DNA of 56,036 nucleotides from Sphingomonadales bacterium. GTDB taxonomy: Bacteria; Pseudomonadota; Alphaproteobacteria; Sphingomonadales; Sphingomonadaceae. Positions within the stretch are counted from its first letter, which is position 1; every line of letters begins with the position of its first letter. A program made the translations under genes and the position numbers. Below are positions 43,298 to 52,878 of the stretch, piece after piece. The stretch lies in assembly GCA_038210855.1 (NCBI GenBank), contig JBBQWE010000001.1, forward strand, positions 1 to 56,036. Direction: 5' to 3'. The notes below the pieces were generated by a model. It did not search any database. It was given only the letters and a program-made list of their open reading frames with translations, and had not been told where the DNA came from.

Positions 43298-43984
43298 ATG
43301 TTGCGTTTTTTGATCGTTACCGTCGCAATCGTCGCGATCACGCCCGTTCTCCCGGCCACGCCGGCGATCGCAGCCGTGAAAAAGGTCGTGAAGAAGAAAA
43401 CAACGACCCGGCCGGCTGCTGCCAAGCCGGCGCCTGTCGCCGCGGTCGCGGCGCCGCTGAAGCTCCCTGGCGGCTTCATGGTTCCCAAGGCAGTCATCCT
43501 GCGGGCGCCGACGCCGGCCGAAACCGAAGCCAACGCGATCTGGAACGTGCGTGCCGCGCTGAACGTCGCTGCACTGCAGTGCCAATTTTCGCGCTTCCTG
43601 CGCACCGTGAACAATTACAACGACATGCTGAAGCATCACGGCGATGAGCTGACGACGGCACAGGCGGCCATGCTCGGCCATTTCCGGCGCCAGGCCAAGG
43701 CCCGCGGCCCGGCCAGCATGGACCAGTACACGACCCGCACCTACAACAGCTACTCGACGCTCGACGCCCAATATCGCTTCTGTGACGTCGCCGGCTGGGT
43801 TGGTCGGCGCGTGCTGGCGCTGCCCAAGGGGCAGATGCGCCGGACTGCCCAGACAGAGGCCGCCGAATTGCGCGCATCACTCGCCTATCAGGCGCTGTCG
43901 CCCGGTCTTGCTGTCCTGCCGCTGGCGCTTCTCGACCTGCCGCCGCTCGCTGCCGAGGATGGTGTCGCCGGCTTGCAGCCCTGA
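43298..43984 (+). CDS. Hypothetical exported protein
   Basis: Signal-like N-terminus, Lys-rich segment, globular region WNVRAALNVAALQC...FC; start uncertain. Confidence 0.7.
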   Translation: MLRFLIVTVAIVAITPVLPATPAIAAVKKVVKKKTTTRPAAAKPAPVAAVAAPLKLPGGFMVPKAVILRAPTPAETEANAIWNVRAALNVAALQCQFSRFLRTVNNYNDMLKHHGDELTTAQAAMLGHFRRQAKARGPASMDQYTTRTYNSYSTLDAQYRFCDVAGWVGRRVLALPKGQMRRTAQTEAAELRASLAYQALSPGLAVLPLALLDLPPLAAEDGVAGLQP

Positions 43985-44026
43985 CGACACACCGACACCA
44001 GTCGCACATCAACCGCCGGAAAAGAC

Positions 44027-44047
44027 TTCACCAAGCGCTTTGGTGAA
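44027..44047. other. Short inverted repeat between convergent genes
   Basis: ttcaccaa-gcgct-ttggtgaa. Confidence 0.5.
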
Positions 44048-44150
44048 ATTCCCGTAGGCGTGACTGCCGGCGCCCTTGTTCCAAAATGCCAGGGTCTGGC
44101 TTCCACACCGATCGCCTCGCTACGAGCCCGTCCCCAGCAATCCAGCCCAT

Positions 44151-44183
44151 GAAAAAGGGCCGCGTCCCGAAGGACGCGGCCCT
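44151..44183 (-). terminator. Rho-independent terminator of ompA
   Basis: agggccgcgtcc-cgaa-ggacgcggccct with adjacent A-run (U-tract on minus strand). Confidence 0.88.
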
Positions 44184-44205
44184 GATTTCAACACCGTGGA
44201 GGTGA

Positions 44206-45387
44206 TTACTGCGGCGCGCAGTTGGTCTGCGGTGCAGCCGGAGCACCGCTGAAGGTGATTTCCACCCGGCGGTTCTGCGGTTCGCGAACACCATCGGCCG
44301 TATCGACGAGCGGACGAGCTTCACCGAACGCTTCCGTGGCGATGGCGCTATCGGGCACACCCTTGGTGGCGAGATAAGCCTTCACGGCGTCGGCGCGGCG
44401 CTGCGACAAGGCGACGTTGTAATCGTCCTTGCCCGACTTGTCGGCGTGGCCGGCAAGCTGAACGCTGGTCTGGCCGGTCGCGGCGAACTGTTCGGCAGCG
44501 CGATCGAGGATGGAAGCGGCTTCGGCAGTGATGGCCGAACGATCCCAATCGAAGAACACCAGGAACGGACCCGGGGTCACAGCGGCGGGCGGGCACGGCG
44601 GCAGCGGCGCCGGGGCCGGCGGCGCGGGCGGGGGAGCCGGCGGCGGCGGCGGCGGAGCCGGTTCGGCCGTGAAGAAGTTGTAGGTCAGGGTCGCCAGCAG
44701 GCTGTGGCTGCGATAGCGGCTGGTGGTTTCGACGCCGTTGGTGGTGAAGGTGCCGACGTTGGAAACGTTGAAGAAGCGGTACTTGATGCCGAGATCGATG
44801 TGATCCGAGACCGGCTTGTAGATGCCGGCGAGCAGCTGGTATGCGAAGTTGGTGTCGCTGTCGTTAAGCCAGGCAGCGCCCGTACCGACAAATCGGTTGT
44901 TGCTGTACTGGACGCGAGCGATACCGGCACCGGCACCGATGTAGGCGCCGACGTCACGATCCTTGCCGCCGAAATCGAACAGGGCATTGGCCATGAACGA
45001 AAGGGCGCGCGCGTTGCCGCTGGCATTGGTGAAATTGATGATTGCCGGAATGCCGACGCCCGAACCAAGGTTCACGGCCGGAACCGACTGTTCGACGATG
45101 ATGCGGTCGACACTGTTCTGCTTGTAGGCGACTTCGAATTCGGTACGCAGCAGCCCGAAGTCGTATCCGACCACGCCGCCGACATCGAAACCGATGTTGT
45201 AGCGCTGACGGAGGCCGTTATCGACGATCGTGGTGGTGCCGGGGCGGCGCAGATCGAACAGGCTGTTCTGCACCAGATTCGGTCCGATTTCGGCGCCGAT
45301 GTACCAAGAATCGTCCCGTGCCAGCGCTGGTGTAGCGAGCGCGGTCGAAGCAAGCGCCATCGCCATAGCGAGGTTCCGCATCGTCAT
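44206..45387 (-). CDS. OmpA family outer-membrane protein
   Basis: Signal peptide, beta-barrel region, Pro hinge, FFDWD..GHAD..LSQRRA..NRRVEI. Confidence 0.95.
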   Translation of the reverse strand: MTMRNLAMAMALASTALATPALARDDSWYIGAEIGPNLVQNSLFDLRRPGTTTIVDNGLRQRYNIGFDVGGVVGYDFGLLRTEFEVAYKQNSVDRIIVEQSVPAVNLGSGVGIPAIINFTNASGNARALSFMANALFDFGGKDRDVGAYIGAGAGIARVQYSNNRFVGTGAAWLNDSDTNFAYQLLAGIYKPVSDHIDLGIKYRFFNVSNVGTFTTNGVETTSRYRSHSLLATLTYNFFTAEPAPPPPPPAPPPAPPAPAPLPPCPPAAVTPGPFLVFFDWDRSAITAEAASILDRAAEQFAATGQTSVQLAGHADKSGKDDYNVALSQRRADAVKAYLATKGVPDSAIATEAFGEARPLVDTADGVREPQNRRVEITFSGAPAAPQTNCAPQ

Positions 45388-45528
45388 GCCTTTTCAACTC
45401 CGTTTCTGTATCCAACCATTAAACTCCTAACGCAGGGAAAGCGGCGCGTGCAAGCATCGAATGCTGCAGTTTGTGGCGTGCGAGCAACAGTTGCTGGAGG
45501 AAAGGGACGGAACCGAACGCAATCGGCG

Positions 45529-46023
45529 CTACAGGGTGATCCCCTGCCGGGTGAGTGCGAGCAGCAAGGCATTGAGCGCGCTACGACATTCATTGTCGAT
45601 CAGGGCACCCCCCGACGGACCCGCAACGGTTTCCGGAGGCGCCCCCAGAACCTCGCGAGCGCCGATCCGCAGCGATGCGACCGGCCAACCCGAAGCGACC
45701 GCCGGCACGCCGAGAACAACGAAGGCGGCTTCGTCGGCGACATAGGCCACCGTCCCGGTTCGGGGCACAAAGAAAGTCCAGCCAAAGCCATCGTGTGCGG
45801 CGATCCGGCCGTCCCGGCCCTGCCATTCGCCGGTCGCGCCGGCTGCGACCAGCCACGCCGATCCGGGCGCCGGCGCCGATGGCGGCATCGCCAGGACGCG
45901 GCTTTCGACGACCGGGTGCAACAGCCGATCGATCGCCAGCAATGCCTCGTTGTGGGTGACTTCCTTCTGCGCCTGGCCGGCGGCCAGAAGCGGCAGGGCA
46001 AAGCGGCGGGTCTCGGGCATCAT
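45529..46023 (-). CDS. DUF2793 domain protein
   Basis: LPLLAAGQAQKEVTHNEAL..D, GEWQG. Confidence 0.92.
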   Translation of the reverse strand: MMPETRRFALPLLAAGQAQKEVTHNEALLAIDRLLHPVVESRVLAMPPSAPAPGSAWLVAAGATGEWQGRDGRIAAHDGFGWTFFVPRTGTVAYVADEAAFVVLGVPAVASGWPVASLRIGAREVLGAPPETVAGPSGGALIDNECRSALNALLLALTRQGITL

Positions 46024-48230
46024 GAACCTCCCAGATCAATTTCCGCGAACACCGATGCGCCGGGTCCGACGGCATCGCTCAACTGTGCCACGCCGATCCT
46101 GACGTGTTCGCCGCCGCCGTCCGCAATGCGATCGGCCGCCGAATAGACAAAGCCCGGCCCGGTGGTTTCGATGCTGCGCACTTCTCGGCCGTTCAATTCC
46201 ACCGTGACGCGATAGGCATCGCGTGCTTCGCCCAGCGGCGCATCGACGAAATCGATCCACGCAAAGCCGGTCCGGCTGCGACGAACCCAGTCGGCGCGGA
46301 TATCGCCACCGCTGGAATCGACGCGGAGCTGCGTCGGCGCCAGCGGCAGCAGCGCCCGGCCAGCGACCATCGTCGCGATTGCCGGGGTGTCGGCGCCGTC
46401 CCCCGGGCCTTCGGCGCGAACCAGCCAGGTCGATCCCAGCGCCTCGATCCCCGGATCGACCGGCAACAAATTGGCCGAATCGAGCAGCACGAAAGGCTCG
46501 CCGACACGGTGGCCGTCCACGGCGGCTTCGCTGCCGCGCCGGCCGCGCAGCAGTTGCGACAACCGGAAGCGCCCCGGCGCCAGTGCCTCGGCGCGGGCGA
46601 AGTGGATGATTTCATCGCCGATCGCGGCAAGGTTGGCGCCGGCGAGCACGACTTCGATGGGTCGATCCTCCAGCCACATCGTATCGGCGAGCAGTTCCAC
46701 TTCCACCGCGGCAAAGCGGTCCCAACCCGCGGTATCGCCGGGCGGAAGCATTGTCAGGGTCGTGCCGATCGTCGCCGGCGACGCCCGCCCCGCGACAACG
46801 AAGCTGGCGCCGCCGTCGCCGCTGACGGCGATCGCTGCGCCGCGCCACGCCGGAACCGATCCGGCCGCGGCAATCAGCAAGCGCGGGCCTGCCACCGCTT
46901 CGCCGGGCAGCAACGGCAGATCGAGCAGCACCAGCCGCGTCGGCCCGGGCGGTCCATCGTCGAAACGCGCCGGGCGGCCACCGTCACTCAGCGGCGGCGC
47001 CGTCGGTCCCGCCACGGTTCCGGTCCGTTCGAGATCGAGCGACACCAGGAACGCCTCGAAGCGTTGGGCAACGACCCGCCACACCGTCGCATCGTCGCGC
47101 AGCCGAACCAGGCTGCCGGCAGTCTTGTCGAGGTGGCGCCACGGCAAGCGAATGGTCGCGGTGACGCGCGCTGCCTCCTGCCGCGCCAGCACCGCTGCCG
47201 CCAATGCCTTTGCCGCCGCCGGTTCCAGTGTCGCGGCGATGGCGCGTTGCAGGATCGGGCCGCTGCCGATGCCGGCACCGCTGCGGCGCACCCGCTGCAG
47301 TCCGATCTGATAATCGCGGCTGCTGTCGTAAAAGCCCAGCTCGACGCCGCTGGCGACGCCGGCATAGCGGTCCCGGCGCCGTTCGGAACGCGGCCGCGCA
47401 CCGGGCAGATGGGCATCGCCATCGGCCGGGTCGATCGCCACCGCATCGCCGCCGGCGCCGCGAAGCAGCAATGGCGGCGCGCCACCGACGGCGGCGCCTG
47501 CGATCTCGATCAGGGGAGCGATGCTTTCGGCGATGCTGCCGGCGCGATTGGCAGCGTGTCCACCAAGCCGCGGGAACACGCCGGTCGCCACCAGACCGGC
47601 GTCGCCGGCAAGCTGCACCGCGACCGCGCCGGCACCGACGTCGTCGCCCGCATCCGCAATGATTTCGAACAACAAGCCCGGGACGCGGTTGCCGTAATCG
47701 GCGAGCGGCATGTCTTCGAACACGGCATAGGCAAGCCCGCGATAGGCAGGTGTGCCGTCGCTGCCTTCGGCTGCGGCGATCAACGGATCGGGTCCCTGCG
47801 TTTCGCTGCCGCGATGCAGCCGCATGGTAACCGGAGAGGCGAAGACACCGTCGGCATCGCGCAGCACGCGCCCGTCTGCCCAGATCCGGCCGATGTCGAC
47901 GATAGCCCGGCCGCTCAGCCCCACCGCGAAGGAGGCTGAATAGCTGGCGCCTGAAGCGCGCGACGATCCCTTGCCGCCGGCGCGCGGCCGGCCTTCCTCG
48001 ATACCGCTTGTCCAGATCAGATTGCCGGCGACGCGCATCCGGCCGCTGACGATCGGTATCGGCTGGCCATAGGCAGCGCTTTGCACCGTAAGATCGGCAC
48101 TGGGCGCTGGTTCGCGGCCGCCGCCGCCCAATATGGCGCGATCGACGATACCGCCAAGGCCGGTGCCGAGGATGCCGCCGATCGGCCCGGCGACAAGCCG
48201 GCCGAGGCTGCCGAGAACAAGCGTCGCCAT
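46020..48230 (-). CDS. GTA host-specificity / tail tip protein (g15-like, short form)
   Basis: MATLVL, SAAYGQPIP..GRMRVAGNLIW, YSASFAV, PAYRGLAY, LLRGRRGSE, WVRRSR. Confidence 0.9.
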   Translation of the reverse strand: MATLVLGSLGRLVAGPIGGILGTGLGGIVDRAILGGGGREPAPSADLTVQSAAYGQPIPIVSGRMRVAGNLIWTSGIEEGRPRAGGKGSSRASGASYSASFAVGLSGRAIVDIGRIWADGRVLRDADGVFASPVTMRLHRGSETQGPDPLIAAAEGSDGTPAYRGLAYAVFEDMPLADYGNRVPGLLFEIIADAGDDVGAGAVAVQLAGDAGLVATGVFPRLGGHAANRAGSIAESIAPLIEIAGAAVGGAPPLLLRGAGGDAVAIDPADGDAHLPGARPRSERRRDRYAGVASGVELGFYDSSRDYQIGLQRVRRSGAGIGSGPILQRAIAATLEPAAAKALAAAVLARQEAARVTATIRLPWRHLDKTAGSLVRLRDDATVWRVVAQRFEAFLVSLDLERTGTVAGPTAPPLSDGGRPARFDDGPPGPTRLVLLDLPLLPGEAVAGPRLLIAAAGSVPAWRGAAIAVSGDGGASFVVAGRASPATIGTTLTMLPPGDTAGWDRFAAVEVELLADTMWLEDRPIEVVLAGANLAAIGDEIIHFARAEALAPGRFRLSQLLRGRRGSEAAVDGHRVGEPFVLLDSANLLPVDPGIEALGSTWLVRAEGPGDGADTPAIATMVAGRALLPLAPTQLRVDSSGGDIRADWVRRSRTGFAWIDFVDAPLGEARDAYRVTVELNGREVRSIETTGPGFVYSAADRIADGGGEHVRIGVAQLSDAVGPGASVFAEIDLGGS

Positions 48231-48236
48231 GATCGC

Positions 48237-48653
48237 CTAGCCTTCTGCAAGGCGCCAGGCGCCGATGATATGCCACGCCGGATCGACCGGGCCTTCGACG
48301 ACCCGGCGCAGCCCGGCATGGGCATGGACGATCGCCGTGCCCGGCTCGATGCTCGTGACGATGCCGAGGTGGCGGTGGCGCGACGACGGCGCCAGCACGA
48401 GGATGTCGCCGGGCGCCGGCGGCCAGACCCGGCGGCAACCATGCGCCGCAAGGCCGTTCGCCACCGCCTCGCATTGTTCGCCGGAAAGCAAATAGGCGGG
48501 CAGGTCGACCGTTGCTCCCGCCGCTGCGGCCGCTACCGCCACGACTCCGACGCAATCGAGCCCCAGCCCCGGCACGCGGCCCTGGGGGCGAAAGCGCGTT
48601 CCGACGCAGCCCCGCGCCGCCGCGACGATGGCGGGAGCATTCGCCGTCATCAC
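48237..48653 (-). CDS. NlpC/P60 cell-wall peptidase (g14-like)
   Basis: GTRFRPQGR..GLDCVG, HLGI, VHAH. Confidence 0.9.
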   Translation of the reverse strand: MMTANAPAIVAAARGCVGTRFRPQGRVPGLGLDCVGVVAVAAAAAGATVDLPAYLLSGEQCEAVANGLAAHGCRRVWPPAPGDILVLAPSSRHRHLGIVTSIEPGTAIVHAHAGLRRVVEGPVDPAWHIIGAWRLAEG

Positions 48654-49483
48654 AGGCCGCCGAACCGAACCAGCATGTCGCCGCCCGGCACGTGCGGTTC
48701 GCCGCGGAAATTGGCGGCATTGTCGAAGCGGTCGCGGCAGGTGGCAAAGCGCTTGTCGCAGCCTTCCACGACTTCGACGGCGTCACCGATGGCAACGGCA
48801 ATTGATGCCTCAAGCAACAGGCGGTCGCCCTCCACGCCGATGATGCGGCGGTCGATCCCGGCCGACGCGCCCTCCAGAAACCGGATGCCGCCGTCGCCGA
48901 AATCGGCAGCGACAATCCCCTCGACGGCGATCGCGCTGCCCCCGAGTGCAGCGATCCGGCCGCGCCGGCGGCGACCGCGCAACGCCACCCGGCAGCGCCG
49001 GTCGCCCAATTCGGCGCGGCATTCGGGCGAATAGGCTTCGACCGCGATCGCCTCCAGCGCCGCGATCGGCCCGCGCAGCGTCGCGGTGAAGCCGGCATCG
49101 GCGCCGCTGCCGGCGGCGATGGCGCCGATGCTGCCGCGCATCAGTTCGTGCACGCCAGCATCCGGGCGGCGCCAGTCGACCAGCGTCAGCCGCACCGCCG
49201 CGCCGTCGTAGCGGCCGGCGGCAAGATCGGCGCCGGTGATCTCGCTGCTGGTCAGCCCGCCATCGATTTCCATCGAATCGACGTCGAGGCCGATGGCGCT
49301 GACCACCGCCGAAGGCGCCATCCCCGGCGCGCTGGCGTGTTCCAGCCCACCGGCGCGCAGCGGCCGATCGTGGGTGGTGAAGCCCAGTGCGACTCCATCG
49401 GCGCGGACGATGCGCCAGCACAGCGCCAGATGGGTGAGTTCGCCGGCAAGATCGGCGCTGAGAGATGCTGCGGTTCCGGGCAT
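48650..49483 (-). CDS. DUF2163 baseplate hub protein (g13-like)
   Basis: CWRIVRADG..LGFTTHD, CRAELGD..C, GCDKRFATCRDRFDN..NFRGEPHVPG. Confidence 0.93.
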   Translation of the reverse strand: MPGTAASLSADLAGELTHLALCWRIVRADGVALGFTTHDRPLRAGGLEHASAPGMAPSAVVSAIGLDVDSMEIDGGLTSSEITGADLAAGRYDGAAVRLTLVDWRRPDAGVHELMRGSIGAIAAGSGADAGFTATLRGPIAALEAIAVEAYSPECRAELGDRRCRVALRGRRRRGRIAALGGSAIAVEGIVAADFGDGGIRFLEGASAGIDRRIIGVEGDRLLLEASIAVAIGDAVEVVEGCDKRFATCRDRFDNAANFRGEPHVPGGDMLVRFGGL

Positions 49484-49487
49484 CGGC

Positions 49488-51788
49488 TCAGCCCTCCCGC
49501 ACTTCTACGAGCGGCACCGACGGCAGTTCGCCGGCACGCCAGCCGGCCAGGCTGACATCGATCCGGTCGACGGCGAAGCGCACCGGTACGTCGAAGGCGA
49601 ACCCCGCAGTGACGCGAGCGCCAGCGGCCGGCGGTTCGTCGAAATCGACATGACCGCCGTCGCCGAGGCGCCAGCCGGCAAGCAGCGCAACCCCGTCCAA
49701 CGCGACCGTCACACTGCCCGGCACCGGCCGGGTGATGCGGCGGTCCTGCGGGTCATCGCCATCGCCGTAGCGCTTGCGGAGTGAAAAGCGGGTGATGCGG
49801 CCATCGCCGGAGCCGAGCCATTGGTCGGTCGCTGCATGGTCGAGAGGGTCACGGAAGCGAAACCCGTGCGCCTGCCCGCGCCGCGCCCGGAAGAACGCCA
49901 CCAGCGCCGCCAGATCGCCCTCGGATCGTACGCCGACGCCGGCGTCGAAATACAGCCGCGCATCGCCCCATTGGCTGTTGCGCTGTTCATGCCCCGATCC
50001 GGTGATGACCACCTGGGTCGAAAACTCCGGCCCGCCGGTGGCGCCATAGCCAAGCTCGAGCGGGAAAAGCACGTCGTGGAAGGCAGTCACGCTTTCCTCC
50101 TCCGAAATGGTGAACAGGGTGCAGCCGTCGCGGGCGATCTGCGGCCAGGCCCAGACGAAGGTCTCGGCGACACCGCGGGCGACTGCTGCATCGGCGGCGT
50201 CGACGATGCGCGGCCAATCGCCGGCGACGGCAGCGAAACCACTGAAATAATGCTGGCCCGCGATCGGATAGCCGAGCCGTTCGGCCACCGCAGCGCGGGC
50301 GCGTGCCTGGCCGCCGAAATCGCCGGTGGTAACGAAATCATAATCCTCGAGCTGCAGCACATCGAAGGCCGGCGATGCCCATTCGAGCGGCAGGTTCGCC
50401 CGGATCAGCTCCGGCGCATCGCCGCCCAGCACCTGCGGCGCATAGAACAGCAGCAGCACCTCGGCCCCCGGCGCCGCGGCGCGCACTGCATCGCGCAGCG
50501 CCAGCGTCGCCTCGCCCAGCCGGGCGCCGCACCAATCGAGCCAGTCGCGTTCCGCTGCGGTCGTCACTGCGCGAATGTCGGTGATCGCCGGCGGCGGCGT
50601 GCCACGCTCGGCCTGCCAGCGCGCTAGCGTCGCTGCATCATAGAGGCACGGGCGGTGGTCGGGCCCCACCCACCACCAGGGTTCGCCGATCTGAAAGCGC
50701 GGCGGCACGCCGGCAGTTTGCGCCAGAGCGAGGAACCCCGCCGCCACCGCCTGCAGCCACGCCGTCGCGCCGACATCGACCGGTGAAAGCAACGTCGACG
50801 GCGGCACATAGCCGGTCGCAGCACGCGCGCCGCCACTGTCGCGCTGCGCCCAGGCATCGGGGCAGAATTCGTCGAAAAGCTCGAACGACAGCGACAGGAT
50901 CGGCGAAAACCCCAGTGCCCCGGCGCGCGCCAGATAATCGGCGTGCCACGCCGCCGCCGGCCCTGCCAGTTCGCCCCCCGGCGTCGCCAGATAGCGCCCC
51001 GACCCCGCATCATGCGCCAACGCGGCGAAGTGGCTCATCCCGACATAATGAACCAGGCTGCCGCGATAGCCGAGCGCGAACGCTTGTTCGATCAGCCGCT
51101 CCGGCGTCTGGTTGTAGCTGTCGTCATAGCCGCCAGCGAGGTGAACCCCGTGCGGCGGCACAAAGGCATCGCCGGCGCGCAACACCGATCCCGGCCCGTC
51201 GCAAGCGATCTCGCTCAGCACCAGCCGCCCCGTCGCCTTCGCCGGCAGCGGCGTGTCGCTGCCGTCATAGCCCGGCGGCACCAGCGAGATGAACATCCGG
51301 TCGATATCGCCCACCGGCACGACCTCGCCGCCGGCGAAGAAGCCGGCGCGCAGATCGTCGAAATCGATCCGCACCCGCGCGTCACGGCCATTGCCGCTGG
51401 CGAAATTCCACAGTCGCACATACCAGGATCGCGCCGCGCCATCGGCATCGCGGCCCTCGACGGTCAGCACCGCGCCATCGACATCGTCGAGCGGCAGCAG
51501 CGACCCGGTCGTCGCCCAACGGAACGACAGCACCACGCCGGAAAAATCGCGCGCCGTTTGATAGGCAAGCAGCGGGTGGCTCCAGCGGTCGCGGGCCTCC
51601 CAGATCAGGCCGGCCAGATCACCGCGGCGGTGGAATTCGACATCGACGGCAAGCGCATCGGCCCCGATCGTCGTCACCGCCGCCAGCATCGGCCGCGGGA
51701 AATCGACTGTCCAATAGGCAGGGTCGAAACGCTTGATCCAGCGCCGGCGCTGCTGGTCGCCGGACTCTGCCAGCCAATGTCGCACCAT
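49488..51788 (-). CDS. DUF2460 distal tail protein with a ~566-aa N-terminal extension
   Basis: C-terminal FHDVLFP..GGPEFST..SGHEQRN..GFRFRDP..FDVPVRF; N-terminal KRFDP..WTVDFPRPM, GEPWWW, LQLEDYD. Confidence 0.9.
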   Translation of the reverse strand: MVRHWLAESGDQQRRRWIKRFDPAYWTVDFPRPMLAAVTTIGADALAVDVEFHRRGDLAGLIWEARDRWSHPLLAYQTARDFSGVVLSFRWATTGSLLPLDDVDGAVLTVEGRDADGAARSWYVRLWNFASGNGRDARVRIDFDDLRAGFFAGGEVVPVGDIDRMFISLVPPGYDGSDTPLPAKATGRLVLSEIACDGPGSVLRAGDAFVPPHGVHLAGGYDDSYNQTPERLIEQAFALGYRGSLVHYVGMSHFAALAHDAGSGRYLATPGGELAGPAAAWHADYLARAGALGFSPILSLSFELFDEFCPDAWAQRDSGGARAATGYVPPSTLLSPVDVGATAWLQAVAAGFLALAQTAGVPPRFQIGEPWWWVGPDHRPCLYDAATLARWQAERGTPPPAITDIRAVTTAAERDWLDWCGARLGEATLALRDAVRAAAPGAEVLLLFYAPQVLGGDAPELIRANLPLEWASPAFDVLQLEDYDFVTTGDFGGQARARAAVAERLGYPIAGQHYFSGFAAVAGDWPRIVDAADAAVARGVAETFVWAWPQIARDGCTLFTISEEESVTAFHDVLFPLELGYGATGGPEFSTQVVITGSGHEQRNSQWGDARLYFDAGVGVRSEGDLAALVAFFRARRGQAHGFRFRDPLDHAATDQWLGSGDGRITRFSLRKRYGDGDDPQDRRITRPVPGSVTVALDGVALLAGWRLGDGGHVDFDEPPAAGARVTAGFAFDVPVRFAVDRIDVSLAGWRAGELPSVPLVEVREG
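50088..50103 (-). promoter_or_regulatory. Putative internal translation initiation site
   Basis: Minus strand GGAGGAGG-aaagc-GTG, in frame, at the DUF2460 domain boundary. Confidence 0.6.
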
Positions 51789-51792
51789 CGCC

Positions 51793-52350
51793 CTACTCCG
51801 CCCGTGCCAGCGCCTGGCGCACCGCGCGCGCCACCTGCGCTCCCGTCTGCACCATCATCGCCGGTGCCGCCTCGCGCGGCGCAGCCACGTTGACGGTGAC
51901 ATTGATCGGTCCGCGACCGCCCCCGCCCCGCGTCTCCACACGCCCCGCCGAAGCCGGCACGAACAATTCCGGCCCGCGTTCGCCGACAAGGAACGGCCGC
52001 CCCGGCGCCACCTGGCCGCCGATCGCCCGGCCCGGCGCGCCGAACAGCCCGGCGACGATGCCGCCAAGGCCGCCGCCGCCGCCGCCGAACAGCCCGCCCA
52101 GATCGGCGCGCAGCGCATTGGCAGCGATATCGGCGAGCGCCGTCAGCGCGACGCGGCGCAAATCCTCGAACCCGAATTTGCCGGTCACCGCGGCCCGCGC
52201 CAGCGCGCGTTCGATGCTGCCGCCGGCGCGCTCGGCACCGGCCGCCAGCGGCCCGTCGAGCTCGCGGCGGATATCGCCCAGCCCGGTCATGAACTCGCGC
52301 GTGTCGGCGCGCACGCGGATGACCAGCGTATCGAGATCGGTGTCACTCAT
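51793..52350 (-). CDS. Short tail tape measure protein
   Basis: IRVRADT, GKFGFEDL, RAIGGQV..VGERGPELFVP; 185 aa. Confidence 0.9.
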   Translation of the reverse strand: MSDTDLDTLVIRVRADTREFMTGLGDIRRELDGPLAAGAERAGGSIERALARAAVTGKFGFEDLRRVALTALADIAANALRADLGGLFGGGGGGLGGIVAGLFGAPGRAIGGQVAPGRPFLVGERGPELFVPASAGRVETRGGGGRGPINVTVNVAAPREAAPAMMVQTGAQVARAVRQALARAE

Positions 52351-52570
52351 CGGGAAATGCCTCCATCAGGCGGCTCAGCAGGCCGGCATCGGCGCTCGGC
52401 CCGCCATCATCGTCGAACCCGAGTGCCAGCCGCAGATCGGCCGGCGTCGCCGCCCAGAAATCATCGGGCCGCCAGCCCAGCCGCGCCGCGACACCCGCCG
52501 CCCGCCGCGCTGCCGCGGCAAAATCGGCCGCGCGGTGCGCCGCGGCACCGAAATCCGGCAGCTCGCTCAC
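52343..52570 (-). CDS. Tail assembly chaperone (g10.1-like)
   Basis: LGWRPDDFWAATPADL...LMEAFPD; GTG start overlapping upstream stop. Confidence 0.85.
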   Translation of the reverse strand: MSELPDFGAAAHRAADFAAAARRAAGVAARLGWRPDDFWAATPADLRLALGFDDDGGPSADAGLLSRLMEAFPDE

Positions 52571-52878
52571 CGTCCGGCCAGGATCTGGCCGAGCAGCACG
52601 CGCAGGCCGGGCGTTGCTGCCGCCAGCCCGCCGGCAACCAGCGCCTCGGCGAACGCGTCGCGGCCCAGCGTGTCGGGCCAGCCGTGGCGGCAATGCCAGA
52701 ACAGCGCCACCAGTTCGGCGAGCGTCAGCGCGCCGGCCGCGGCACGTTCGACCAGCCCGAACAACGGCCCCAGTTCCTGTTCGGCTGCCACAAGACCGGC
52801 AAAGTTCGGCCGCAACACCAGCACGGCGCCGCCGACGCGCAATTCGGCTTCGCCGCGCAGCGGGTTCGCGCCGCTCAC
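52567..52878 (-). CDS. GTA gp10 family protein
   Basis: ANPLRGEA, LRPNFAGLVAAEQELG. Confidence 0.9.
   Translation of the reverse strand: MSGANPLRGEAELRVGGAVLVLRPNFAGLVAAEQELGPLFGLVERAAAGALTLAELVALFWHCRHGWPDTLGRDAFAEALVAGGLAAATPGLRVLLGQILAGR

Noticed and set aside
43985-44150. tRNA, SRP or riboswitch in the convergent spacer
   Set aside because: Only short hairpins; no recognisable conserved RNA motifs by eye (a covariance-model scan would settle it)
52343-52878. Programmed -1 frameshift between the two tail chaperones
   Set aside because: Second gene is in the -1 frame, but I found no XXXYYYZ slippery heptamer near the junction, and a GTGA overlap explains coupling
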